From an uncultured Burkholderiaceae bacterium (GTDB taxonomy: Bacteria > Pseudomonadota > Gammaproteobacteria > Burkholderiales > Burkholderiaceae_C), in NCBI GenBank assembly GCA_964608575.1, contig CAZSPW010000003.1, positions 1 through 35,018 of the forward strand: DNA of 35,018 nt. The letters run 5' to 3'. This document shows positions 7,940-17,572 of the stretch, piece after piece. How positions within the stretch are numbered: the stretch's first letter is position 1; each line of letters begins with the position of its first letter. The position numbers and the translations under genes were made by a program. The notes under the pieces were generated by a model that saw nothing but the letters and a program-made list of their open reading frames with translations, made no database searches and was not told the origin of the DNA.

Positions 7940-10498
7940 TTAGTCAAGAGTGATATCCGGTTTAGCAGCTGGCGCCGCTTTGACGCTGGCGCTCACGCTT
8001 GCCTCGGCTGCTTGGAGTGCCGAAGCCAGTTCGCCTCCTGTTTGGTAGCGTTGTCCTGGTTTTTTGGCTAGGCATGTGAGTATGACACGCTCGAGTTCAG
8101 GCGACAAATTATCCGTGTATTGACGCAGGTCTGCTGGTTCTGTGTTGGTGATTTTGTACATCAATTGCGTCAGCGATGCGGCTTCAAACGGCAGTCGCCC
8201 CGATAGCATCTGGTAGAGCGTCACGCCTAGGGAGTATAGGTCTGAGCGCCCGTCTACTGGTTTGCCTGCAATTTGTTCGGGAGACATAAAACTGGGTGTC
8301 CCGAGGACGATGCCTGTTTTGGTTTTACTCGCGTCGGTCACGCGGGCGATGCCAAAATCGGTAACTTTTACGCTGTCGCTGGCAGCCTCAAACATGATGT
8401 TTGCGGGCTTTATATCGCGGTGTACTACACCTTGGTGGTGCGCGTAATCGAGCGCTAACGCGACCCGCCTAATGATCGACAGGACTTGCCCGACAGGTAG
8501 TAGCTGGCCTACTTTGGCATGATCAACTAAATCTTTTCCCTTGAGAAATTCCATAGCGATATAAGCTAGGTCATGCTCTTCACCTGCATCAAAAATGGTG
8601 ACAATATTTTGATGCTGCAAGCGCCCTGCGGTTTCGGCTTCACGGAAGAAGCGCGCGCGCGCATCGGCCAACTCTTCGCCCTCAAATTCATTTTTTAAAG
8701 CTAAGGTTTTAATCGCAACGGTACGGCCAATTTTTGGGTCTTTGCCCAAATACACCACCCCCATAGCGCCTTTGCCCAATTCCTTTTCAATTTGATAGCG
8801 ACCCAAATAAGGCTTTTCCACCTCGCCTCCGTCTAACAGTAAAGTTCCGCCAGCGTGCTCATGGCCGCTGCCCAGGATCACAGTCTCAGACAAGTTTTTA
8901 GCGCGCTTGAGCCTGGCGGCCACATCCTTGAAGTCTGGCGCCGCTTTGCTAATGTGTTGGTAGGCTAGTTCAGCCTTATTGAACTGACGCTTGCGTTCGA
9001 AGTCCAAAGCCAAACTGTAAATGTTCTCTAGTAATGCAAGCCCTTTTTCGCCACCAACAGGCACGCGCATAAAACGATCGAAGGCTTCATCTAAACGCCC
9101 TTGACCTTGCAGTGCCAGACCCATCATGCGATTGGTTTCGGCGCTTTCGGCATCGCTTTTGACTTTGCTTTCCTCAGTGAACAAAAAGCGCTTAGTGGTC
9201 AGAAGGATATAGCCCAAGATCAGCAAAATGGCGGGCAATACCAGCGGTATCCATTTGGCAGCGCCTAGCATGAAGCCGTATTCCAGCCCTAAAAGCACAG
9301 TCAAAAAAGCGGCGCTGGCCAGAGCCGCTATGCCCGCTTTGAGCCTGGGCAGGGCAAGCATCAAGAAGGCGGCAACCAATATATAGGCCAGCAAAGTTGC
9401 CAGCGGCGCCCAAGCGGGGCGGTCGATATATTGCTCTTGCAAAATGCTGGAAGTGACAGAGGCTGCCAGCTGTGCGGGGGCAAAATTACTACCAGCAGGG
9501 GTGTTGAATAAAGTGCCCACCCCCTTAGCCGTGGCGCCAACGATGACGATTTTGCCCGTGTATTTGCTGGCGGGAATTTTGTCGTTCAAAACATCGTAGA
9601 AAGAATCGACAGAAAAGGCCATTTGCCCGTCTTGGCCGCGATAAAACTGCGGCAGTATGACGGTGTCGGATTCGATCGGTATTCGCAGTCTCCCCAGTTG
9701 CACTTGGTCGGGACTGAGTTGTAGATCAGCCACTTTCAGATTCAGAGCTTGCGCAGCCAATGCTAACGACATAGAGGGGATGGCGCGCCCGTAGTAATTC
9801 ACAAACAAAGGCTCTTCGCGCACTGCGCCATCGCTGTCTTGCAATTGCACCAAGTGCGCCACAGCGGCTGCTGCTTGGCCAAACATGGGTAGGGGCTGTA
9901 TGGCATTGCTCACTGGTAGGGCAAGCGCATCTTGGTCTGCCACGCTGCTGCGTTGGATAAAAGCCGGCAATTCGCTGTCCGGGTTGCCTTTTGGGGGCTG
10001 CAAATCAAAGGCCGCTGGCAGCACCACATTGCCTGCTTGGGCGATGCTGGCAGCCAGTTGGCTATCGGTGTCAAGCTTGGTGCGCGCTTGGGCAATCAGT
10101 TGCTGTACGGGTGCAAACTCTGCTTGCGAAGCGGTTGTTTCAGGCAAAGCAGCTTGAATTTGCTCGATATAGTCCAGCCCTTTATCGGTTTGTGGTTCAG
10201 ATAAAAAAACCGTGTAGCCTATGGCCTTGGTTTGGGCTTGCGCTAATTTGTTGATGAGTTTGGCGTGGGTGTCGCGTGGCCAGGGCCAGCGTCCGATGTT
10301 GGCAATGCTGTCATCGTCGATAGCGATAATGGCGATATTGGGTGCAGCTTGGCGCGCAATATGGGTGCTGCTGGTGTCGTAGAAACGGCGCTCTAAATCA
10401 TCTGTGATGTTGCTGAAGTAGTGCAAAAACAATACCACTAGCGCAATAGCGGCGGCGATGACGCCGTCGCGCAGCCAAAATCCTTTGTTTCTGTCCAT
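7940..10498 (-). CDS. CHASE2 sensor domain-containing Hanks-type Ser/Thr protein kinase
   Basis: 852 aa. ATG at 10498 has a GGGAG Shine-Dalgarno sequence. The N-terminal TM segment is followed by CHASE2 (IGRWPWPRDTH), a TM cluster and a TPR-like linker. The C-terminal kinase carries GKGAMGVVY, VAIK, HRDIKPANIM, DFGIA and GTPSFMSPE. Confidence 0.9.
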   Translation of the reverse strand: MDRNKGFWLRDGVIAAAIALVVLFLHYFSNITDDLERRFYDTSSTHIARQAAPNIAIIAIDDDSIANIGRWPWPRDTHAKLINKLAQAQTKAIGYTVFLSEPQTDKGLDYIEQIQAALPETTASQAEFAPVQQLIAQARTKLDTDSQLAASIAQAGNVVLPAAFDLQPPKGNPDSELPAFIQRSSVADQDALALPVSNAIQPLPMFGQAAAAVAHLVQLQDSDGAVREEPLFVNYYGRAIPSMSLALAAQALNLKVADLQLSPDQVQLGRLRIPIESDTVILPQFYRGQDGQMAFSVDSFYDVLNDKIPASKYTGKIVIVGATAKGVGTLFNTPAGSNFAPAQLAASVTSSILQEQYIDRPAWAPLATLLAYILVAAFLMLALPRLKAGIAALASAAFLTVLLGLEYGFMLGAAKWIPLVLPAILLILGYILLTTKRFLFTEESKVKSDAESAETNRMMGLALQGQGRLDEAFDRFMRVPVGGEKGLALLENIYSLALDFERKRQFNKAELAYQHISKAAPDFKDVAARLKRAKNLSETVILGSGHEHAGGTLLLDGGEVEKPYLGRYQIEKELGKGAMGVVYLGKDPKIGRTVAIKTLALKNEFEGEELADARARFFREAETAGRLQHQNIVTIFDAGEEHDLAYIAMEFLKGKDLVDHAKVGQLLPVGQVLSIIRRVALALDYAHHQGVVHRDIKPANIMFEAASDSVKVTDFGIARVTDASKTKTGIVLGTPSFMSPEQIAGKPVDGRSDLYSLGVTLYQMLSGRLPFEAASLTQLMYKITNTEPADLRQYTDNLSPELERVILTCLAKKPGQRYQTGGELASALQAAEASVSASVKAAPAAKPDITLD

Positions 10499-10590
10499 GG
10501 CGACTCCCTGTCTGGCTGAACGCTGAGGGAGAAGTGCTTGGTCTCACCCTAAGCCCGCTGATTTCTGGTGGCAAATCATAAAGCAAGGCT

Positions 10591-10613
10591 GGTGCAGGCC
10601 AGATGCCTGCACC
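10591..10613 (-). terminator. Hairpin between argC and the kinase gene (possible argC terminator)
   Basis: Perfect 9-bp stem GGTGCAGGC / GCCTGCACC with a 5-nt loop. On the minus strand the downstream tract is only moderately U-rich (AGCCTTGCTTTATGATTT), so the call is weak. Confidence 0.35.
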
Positions 10614-10671
10614 GCGACTGGTTACTGGCTGAGTGGTTTGTATGCTGCAATAGCAGCGCAATGATACTATT

Positions 10672-10711
10672 AAAAAAATAGCTGCTCAGGCAGCATATAC
10701 GGCTCAAAACC
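10672..10711 (-). repeat. Interspersed repeat, copy 2 (inverted relative to copy 1)
   Basis: The reverse complement reads GGTTTTGAGCCGTATATGCTGCCTGAGCAGCTATTTTTTT. It lies downstream of argC in the same orientation as argC. A much weaker partial second copy may follow at about 10712-10760. Confidence 0.75.
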
Positions 10712-10859
10712 TCGAAATAATACTGAAAAATAGCTAATTTCAGCTGCCTTTAGGCTTATCAGCATAGATTGCCCAAAATTTGGAACAGTTCCAGATAAAT
10801 TCAGCTTTTTCGATGATTTGTTCCATTTTCATGGATCATTTGCTCGCTAGCGCGCTAGC

Positions 10860-11783
10860 TTAAATCCCTAGCATCAATTGCAGGTTTTGCACGGCCGCGC
10901 CGCTGGCACCCTTGCCCAAATTGTCTAAGCGCGCAGTCACCAGGGCGTGGAACATATCGTCGTTGCCGAAGACGCGGATTTCCAACAAATTCGTGTCTTT
11001 CAGCGCAATGGCATCAAGTTTATTGTTGGCTTCAGCGTCTTCTACCCGCACCCAGCCTTTGCCTTGGTAGTGGTGTAAATACGCGTCTTTCAAATCAGCT
11101 AGGCGCGGACGCCCGGGCAGAGTGTCCAAATGCAGGGGCAGCTCTACAATCATGCCTTGATCAAAATTGCCGACGCTAGGAACAAAAATGGGGCGGCGTT
11201 TCAGGCCAGTCAGCGCCATGATTTCTGGAATGTGTTTGTGCGACAGGCCAAGAGCGTACAACTCAAAGGCAGGGGCTTTGCCTTCTTCGTAGGCCTCTAT
11301 CATTTGCCGCCCGCCCCCGGAATAGCCGCTGACTGCGGGCAAACAAACCGGATGGTCGGCGGGCAAAATGCCGGCTTCTATCAGTGGGCGCAGCATGGCA
11401 ATGGCGCCTGTGGCGTAACAGCCCGGGTTGGCTACACGCTCGGCCTTTTGGATATTTTCGGCTTGGCTTGGCGTGAGTTCAGGAAAGCCGTAAACCCAGG
11501 CGGGGTCGGTGCGGTGCGCGGTTGAGGCATCAATAATGCGCGGTTTTTTGCCTGCAATGCTGTCAATCAAGGCCACCGATTCGCGTGCATGGTCGTCGTG
11601 CAGGCACAAAATCACTACATCGGCTTGCGCCATCAAGGCTTTTTTGGCTTCCGGCTCTTTGCGTAGCTCGGGTGCGATTTGCAAGAGACTAATTTCGGGC
11701 ATGGTCAGCAAGCGTTCGCGAATTTGCAAACCTGTAGTGCCAGCTTCGCCATCGATGAAAATTTTGTACTGTGTGTTGCTCAT
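10860..11783 (-). CDS. argC: N-acetyl-gamma-glutamyl-phosphate reductase (short, type 2 form)
   Basis: 307 aa. N-terminus [19 protein letters not shown] and catalytic Cys motif [11 protein letters not shown]. The length fits the short ArgC form of about 310 aa found in alpha- and betaproteobacteria. Confidence 0.9.
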   Translation of the reverse strand: MSNTQYKIFIDGEAGTTGLQIRERLLTMPEISLLQIAPELRKEPEAKKALMAQADVVILCLHDDHARESVALIDSIAGKKPRIIDASTAHRTDPAWVYGFPELTPSQAENIQKAERVANPGCYATGAIAMLRPLIEAGILPADHPVCLPAVSGYSGGGRQMIEAYEEGKAPAFELYALGLSHKHIPEIMALTGLKRRPIFVPSVGNFDQGMIVELPLHLDTLPGRPRLADLKDAYLHHYQGKGWVRVEDAEANNKLDAIALKDTNLLEIRVFGNDDMFHALVTARLDNLGKGASGAAVQNLQLMLGI

Positions 11784-11991
11784 GATATGCAGGGCTTGAG
11801 GGCTTTTCAGAGGTTGTAAATACAGGGCAAGAAAATGATGCGCTGCAGCATGGTAAAGTTAGGGGTTCGTTGTCGTTTAGGGCAGTAGGGGTTTCCCCCT
11901 TGCCTCAACCGAGCAAATTGCGTGGAGTGATGCCCATTTTACGCAAGGCTTGCGACAGCTCTCGTTTCCATCACTCTCTTCATGACACCTT

Positions 11992-13197
<1,206 letters not shown>

Positions 13198-13214
13198 GGC
13201 CAGGAGAGTAAAAC

Positions 13215-14111
13215 ATGTCGATTTTTATCAATAAAGACACCAAAGTCATCACCCAAGGTATCACGGGCAAAACTGGCCAATTCCACACGGAAAAATGCCA
13301 AGAGTACGCCAATGGTAAAAACTGCTTTGTTGCGGGTGTAAACCCTAAAAAAGCTGGCGAAAGCATTTTTAACATTCCCATTTATTCGAATGTAAAAGAG
13401 GCCGCGCAACAAACTGGCGCCACGGTCTCTGTGATCTATGTACCACCAGCGGGTGCCGCGGCTGCTATCTGGGAGGCGGTAGAAGCCGATCTGGATCTGG
13501 CTATCTGCATTACCGAAGGCATTCCCGTTCGCGATATGCTCGAAGTACGCAACAAAATGAAGGCCAAGGAAGCCGCTGGCGGCAAGAAAACTTTGTTGCT
13601 CGGCCCTAACTGCCCAGGTTTGATTACGCCTGACGAAATCAAAATCGGCATCATGCCTGGCCACATCCACAAAAAAGGCCGTATTGGTGTAGTTAGCCGC
13701 TCAGGCACGCTGACTTATGAAGCTGTGGCGCAATTGACTGAACTGGGTATAGGCCAATCGTCTGCCGTTGGTATTGGTGGTGACCCCATCAATGGCTTGA
13801 AGCACATCGATGTGATGCGCGCTTTCAACGACGATCCTGATACCGATGCCGTCATCATGATTGGCGAAATCGGTGGCCCAGACGAGGCAGAGGCCGCCCG
13901 TTGGTGTAAAGAGAATATGAAAAAGCCAGTTGTTGGCTTTATCGCGGGTGTAACTGCGCCTCCAGGCAAGCGCATGGGCCACGCTGGTGCCTTGATTGGT
14001 GGCGCGGAAGATACCGCCGATGCCAAACTGGCCATCATGGAAGAGTGTGGTTTCACCATCACACGCAATCCTTCTGAAATGGGGCGCTTGCTCAAAGGCT
14101 TGTTGAAATAA
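13215..14111 (+). CDS. sucD: Succinyl-CoA synthetase alpha subunit
   Basis: 298 aa. MSIFINKDTKVITQGITGKTGQFH is present, and the phosphohistidine loop is GHAGALI. An AGGAGA Shine-Dalgarno sequence precedes ATG 13215. Confidence 0.95.
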   Translation: MSIFINKDTKVITQGITGKTGQFHTEKCQEYANGKNCFVAGVNPKKAGESIFNIPIYSNVKEAAQQTGATVSVIYVPPAGAAAAIWEAVEADLDLAICITEGIPVRDMLEVRNKMKAKEAAGGKKTLLLGPNCPGLITPDEIKIGIMPGHIHKKGRIGVVSRSGTLTYEAVAQLTELGIGQSSAVGIGGDPINGLKHIDVMRAFNDDPDTDAVIMIGEIGGPDEAEAARWCKENMKKPVVGFIAGVTAPPGKRMGHAGALIGGAEDTADAKLAIMEECGFTITRNPSEMGRLLKGLLK

Positions 14112-14137
14112 GCTTTTGCACTGGTAAACCCCTATTT

Positions 14138-14172
14138 AAACGCTGCGATCGAGAGGTCGCAGCGTTTTTTTT
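14138..14172 (+). terminator. Intrinsic terminator after sucD
   Basis: 11-bp stem AAACGCTGCGA / TCGCAGCGTTT with an 8-nt loop, followed by a run of eight T (14165-14172). Confidence 0.85.
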
Positions 14173-14233
14173 GGGCGCTGCTAGCTGCAATAATTGACGG
14201 GTTTTGCGCCGTGCGCTCATTAGAGGAGTTTGG

Positions 14234-15202
14234 ATGTTAGTTTCTATCGTGGTCCCTTGCTATAACGAAGAAGGCGTTATTGCAGAAACCCACCGCCGCT
14301 TGTCGCAAGTTTTAAACGCACAAGCTGGTCTAGAAGTGGAGATCCTGTATGTCGATGATGGCAGCCGGGATAAGACTTGGGACATCCTGCAAACACTGCC
14401 GTCAACGACCAATGTTACTGTCAGGGCTTTGACGCTATCACGCAACTTTGGGCATCAACTGGCCGTCAGTGCGGGGATAGAGCGCGCCAAAGGCGATGCC
14501 GTGGTGCTGATAGATGCCGATTTGCAAGATCCACCAGAGGTGGTGCCCGAGATGATTCGTGAATGGCAAAACGGCTGGGATGTGGTCTACGGTGTGCGCA
14601 CCGAACGCGACGGTGAAAGTGCCTTTAAACGCGCCACAGCGGCTATGTTCTATCGTTTGATCAATAGGCTGAGCGAAGTGCCGATTCCTGTGGATACGGG
14701 GGATTTCCGCCTGATGGATCGCAAAGTGGTCGATGCTTTGATGGCTATGCCTGAGCATGATCGCTTTATTCGCGGCATGGTGAGTTGGTTGGGTTTCCGG
14801 CAAAAACCCCTGCCCTATAAGCGCGATGCTCGTTGGGCGGGTGAAACCAAATACCCGCTGAGCAAAATGATCAAGTTTGCGTTGACGGCGATCAGTTCTT
14901 TCTCGACTTCGCCCTTGAAAATTGCCTCGTGGGTCGGGTTTGCGACCTCGGGAGTGGCTGTATTCGGAATGCTCTATGTTCTCGGTTTACGGCTTTTTAC
15001 ATCCACTTGGGTCGAGGGCTGGACGGCTTTGATGCTGGCGGTGCTCTTCATCGGCGGTATTCAGCTGCTGGTGTTAGGCATCATGGGTGAATACATAGGC
15101 CGTATTTATGGTGAATCCAAGCGCCGTCCATTATTTTTAATTCGTGAAGAGCGCATACAAAAGGCCACGAGTGCAGCGGCTGCAGATGAGTTAGCCGAAT
15201 GA
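14234..15202 (+). CDS. Family 2 glycosyltransferase, polyprenyl-phosphate sugar transferase type (GtrB/ArnC/DPM1-like)
   Basis: ATG at 14234 follows GAGGAG; the track ORF starts earlier, at 14204. Motifs: VSIVVPCYNEE, YVDDGSRD, IDADLQDPPE and TGDFRLMDRKVV. Two C-terminal TM helices match the GtrB/ArnC architecture. Confidence 0.85.
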   Translation: MLVSIVVPCYNEEGVIAETHRRLSQVLNAQAGLEVEILYVDDGSRDKTWDILQTLPSTTNVTVRALTLSRNFGHQLAVSAGIERAKGDAVVLIDADLQDPPEVVPEMIREWQNGWDVVYGVRTERDGESAFKRATAAMFYRLINRLSEVPIPVDTGDFRLMDRKVVDALMAMPEHDRFIRGMVSWLGFRQKPLPYKRDARWAGETKYPLSKMIKFALTAISSFSTSPLKIASWVGFATSGVAVFGMLYVLGLRLFTSTWVEGWTALMLAVLFIGGIQLLVLGIMGEYIGRIYGESKRRPLFLIREERIQKATSAAAADELAE

Positions 15203-16209
15203 AAAAAGCGCTCAAACGCTATGCTCGCCCCTTATTAGGGCTGATCATTTCCAGCCTTTTACTGTGGCAATTATTCGCACATATTGATTTAGAAAAGCTG
15301 CGTACAACCTTGTGGGCCGCTAAAGCTTGGCCTATCGCTTTAGGTTTGTGCGCAGTGGCGGCGGGCTTTGCCTTGCGCGCCCTGCGCTGGCACGCTATGG
15401 TGGCGCATTTCACGCCCAGCGTGCGCTTGCCCGCCACGGCCACGGCTTTTCTATCCAGCTTTGCACTGAACAATACTTTGCCTTTGCGCGCGGGGGATTT
15501 GGCACGCACTTTTATGTATGCCAAAGAGCTGCAAACTTCACCGGCAACGCTGGCTGCGACTTTGTTGATTGAGCGATTACTGGATGCAGCAACTTTGGTT
15601 TTGTTGTTTTGTCTAGGCCTGTGGTGGATCCCTGCGGAGAAAATTCCTGCTGCTTGGATGGGGTGGGTGCAGCAGCTAGGCGCGATTTTTACAGCAGCAG
15701 CTTTGGCAGGACTAGTCGCTTTGTTCTTGCTGCCAAAGATGGTGATGTGGGCTTTGCGGTATTTCGAGCACACTAGTAAAGGCGCTAAGCTCAAGGCAGT
15801 AGTGGTGCAATTTGGTGCAGCTTTTGGTTTGTTGCGTTCCCCGGCGTTGGTGCTGAAGCTTTTGGCGCTGTCTTTGCTGTCGTGGGCACTAGAGGGCTGT
15901 GTATTCTTGGCGGTGGCTCACGCCTTGGGCATGGTGTTGCCAGGCTATGCACCTTGGTTTGCGCTGTCCACGGCTACGCTGGCGACTTTGATTCCTGGCA
16001 CGCCTGGGCATTTGGGTACTTTTGATTATTTCGCGGTTCTCGGTTTTTCTCTTTATGGCATTAACCGTACTGATGGCGCCAGTATGGCGCTCTTGATTCA
16101 TTTATTGCTGTGGCTGCCTGTGACGGTGGTCGGCGGTGTGCTGTTGTTGCGCCGCCAAGGCACTGGTACTTTGGAAAAAATTCATCAATTAGAGAAAGAG
16201 CACACATGA
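15199..16209 (+). CDS. UPF0104 / lysyl-phosphatidylglycerol synthase TM-region family membrane protein (flippase-like)
   Basis: 336 aa and polytopic. RALRWHAMV, LPLRAGDLAR and LIPGTPGHLGTFDY resemble the LPG_synthase_TM family. The start overlaps the GT2 stop (ATGA at 15199-15202). Confidence 0.75.
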   Translation: MKKALKRYARPLLGLIISSLLLWQLFAHIDLEKLRTTLWAAKAWPIALGLCAVAAGFALRALRWHAMVAHFTPSVRLPATATAFLSSFALNNTLPLRAGDLARTFMYAKELQTSPATLAATLLIERLLDAATLVLLFCLGLWWIPAEKIPAAWMGWVQQLGAIFTAAALAGLVALFLLPKMVMWALRYFEHTSKGAKLKAVVVQFGAAFGLLRSPALVLKLLALSLLSWALEGCVFLAVAHALGMVLPGYAPWFALSTATLATLIPGTPGHLGTFDYFAVLGFSLYGINRTDGASMALLIHLLLWLPVTVVGGVLLLRRQGTGTLEKIHQLEKEHT

Positions 16210-17528
16210 AAAGTATAGGCAAGAAGGTAGGGATCATAGGTGGTGGTTTCGCAGGCTTGACCGCTGCTTATGAGTTGAGTAAACGCGGCATTGCGGTCAC
16301 GGTATTTGAGGCCGATAGCGCCGTAGGCGGTTTGGCAGGCACTTTTGATGTGCAAGGCGAGCGCCTTGAAAAGTTTTATCACCACTGGTTTAACAATGAT
16401 TTGCATGTGCTCGATTTAGCGCGTGAACTTGGTTTAGGCGATCGCATCCTCACGCGCTTTTCGCGCACGGGCATGTACTTCAATAAAAACTTTTTCAAGC
16501 TCAGCACCCCTATGGATGTGCTGCGCTTTACGCCTCTGCCGTTTTTCGACCGCATTCGTTTGGGTTTATTGGCATTGAAGGCGCGCAAGGTTAAAGACTG
16601 GCGCAGCCTCGAATCGCTCACGGCCGAAGAATGGCTGATTCAGTTGGGTGGCAAAAAAGTGTACGAAGTGGTGTGGAAGCCCCTGCTGGATGGCAAATTT
16701 GGCCCCTACGCCTCTAAAGTTTCTGCCGTTTGGTTTTGGAATAAATTGAAGCTGCGCGGCGGCAGTCGTGGCTCGGGCGGAGCTGAAGAACTGGTGTATT
16801 TCAAAGGCGGCTTCACGGCGATTACTGATGCGCTGGTGGCGGCGATCGAGAAAAACGGTGGCCAGGTATTGCTCTCTACCCCCGTGCAGGGCGTGGAAGT
16901 GCAGGGCGGCAAGGTTTGCGGCGTTAAAACCGCAGCGGGCACGACCCCTGTGGATGCCGTGATTGCCACGCCCGCCCTGCCCATGATTGCTGACTGGCTG
17001 GCACCCCATACCAGCGTCGATTACGCCAAACAACTGCGCAGCATTGAATACATTGCCAATGTCTGCTTGGTGCTCGAACTTGACCGCAGCCTATCGAGCA
17101 CCTATTGGCTCAATGTCAATGACCCAGGTTTCCCCTTTGTGGGCGTGATCGAACACACCAATTTCGAACCGACCAGCACCTATGGCGGTCGCCATATCGT
17201 GTATTTGTCCAAATACCTGCCAGAGAGCGATCACCTCTATCAAATGAGCGATACCGAATTCCGCGACTTTTGCGTCACGCACTTGCAACGCATGTTCCCC
17301 GAATTTAAAACTGAATGGATTTTGCAAAGCCACACTTGGCGCGCCACGCATTCCCAGCCTATTGTGGCTAAGCACTACAGCCAGATGATTCCAGCCGAGC
17401 AATCGCCCGTGGAAGGTTTTTACATCTGCACCATGGCACAAATCTATCCTGAAGACCGTGGCACCAACTACGCCGTGCGCGAGGGGCGTAAAGTCGGCCA
17501 AATGCTAGCTGATAAGCTGGCAAGCTAG
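16206..17528 (+). CDS. NAD(P)/FAD-dependent oxidoreductase (amine oxidase / protoporphyrinogen oxidase-like fold)
   Basis: Internal ATG at 16206 of track ORF 16110-17528, overlapping the previous stop (ATGA). The dinucleotide-binding N-terminus is KVGIIGGGFAGLTAAYELSKRGIAVTVFEADSAVGGL. The length is 440 aa. Confidence 0.8.
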   Translation: MKSIGKKVGIIGGGFAGLTAAYELSKRGIAVTVFEADSAVGGLAGTFDVQGERLEKFYHHWFNNDLHVLDLARELGLGDRILTRFSRTGMYFNKNFFKLSTPMDVLRFTPLPFFDRIRLGLLALKARKVKDWRSLESLTAEEWLIQLGGKKVYEVVWKPLLDGKFGPYASKVSAVWFWNKLKLRGGSRGSGGAEELVYFKGGFTAITDALVAAIEKNGGQVLLSTPVQGVEVQGGKVCGVKTAAGTTPVDAVIATPALPMIADWLAPHTSVDYAKQLRSIEYIANVCLVLELDRSLSSTYWLNVNDPGFPFVGVIEHTNFEPTSTYGGRHIVYLSKYLPESDHLYQMSDTEFRDFCVTHLQRMFPEFKTEWILQSHTWRATHSQPIVAKHYSQMIPAEQSPVEGFYICTMAQIYPEDRGTNYAVREGRKVGQMLADKLAS

Positions 17529-17544
17529 GGCGGTCAGACTTGAT

Positions 17545-17572
17545 TTACCTATGGGGTGAAAAAAGCTATAAT
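17545..17572 (+). promoter_or_regulatory. Candidate sigma70 promoter for rplKA
   Basis: TTACCT (17545-17550), a 16-nt spacer, then TATAAT (17567-17572), about 110 nt upstream of rplK. The leader between them contains the palindrome GTTGCGCAAC. Sequence pattern only. Confidence 0.35.

Noticed and set aside
10740-10832. Small minus-strand ORF (MKMEQIIEKAEFIWNCSKFWAIYADKPKGS, 30 aa) downstream of argC.
   Set aside because: It has no Shine-Dalgarno sequence and no recognisable family, and it overlaps a degenerate repeat region. It cannot be supported from sequence alone. Ribosome profiling or conservation would be needed.
10846-10859. Perfect 14-bp palindrome GCTAGCGCGCTAGC abutting the argC stop codon.
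   Set aside because: It is a single occurrence. It is too short for a convincing terminator (a 5-bp stem once a loop is allowed), and no matching operator family is known to me. Noted only.
14173-14210. Possible sixth, reverse-oriented degenerate repeat copy just after the sucD terminator (GCGCTGCTAGCTGCAATAATTGACGGGTTTTGCGCC).
   Set aside because: Only the GCTGCT and TTGACGG anchors match the reverse complement of the family consensus. The CTCAGGCAG core is not preserved. This is too weak to call without a genome-wide profile.
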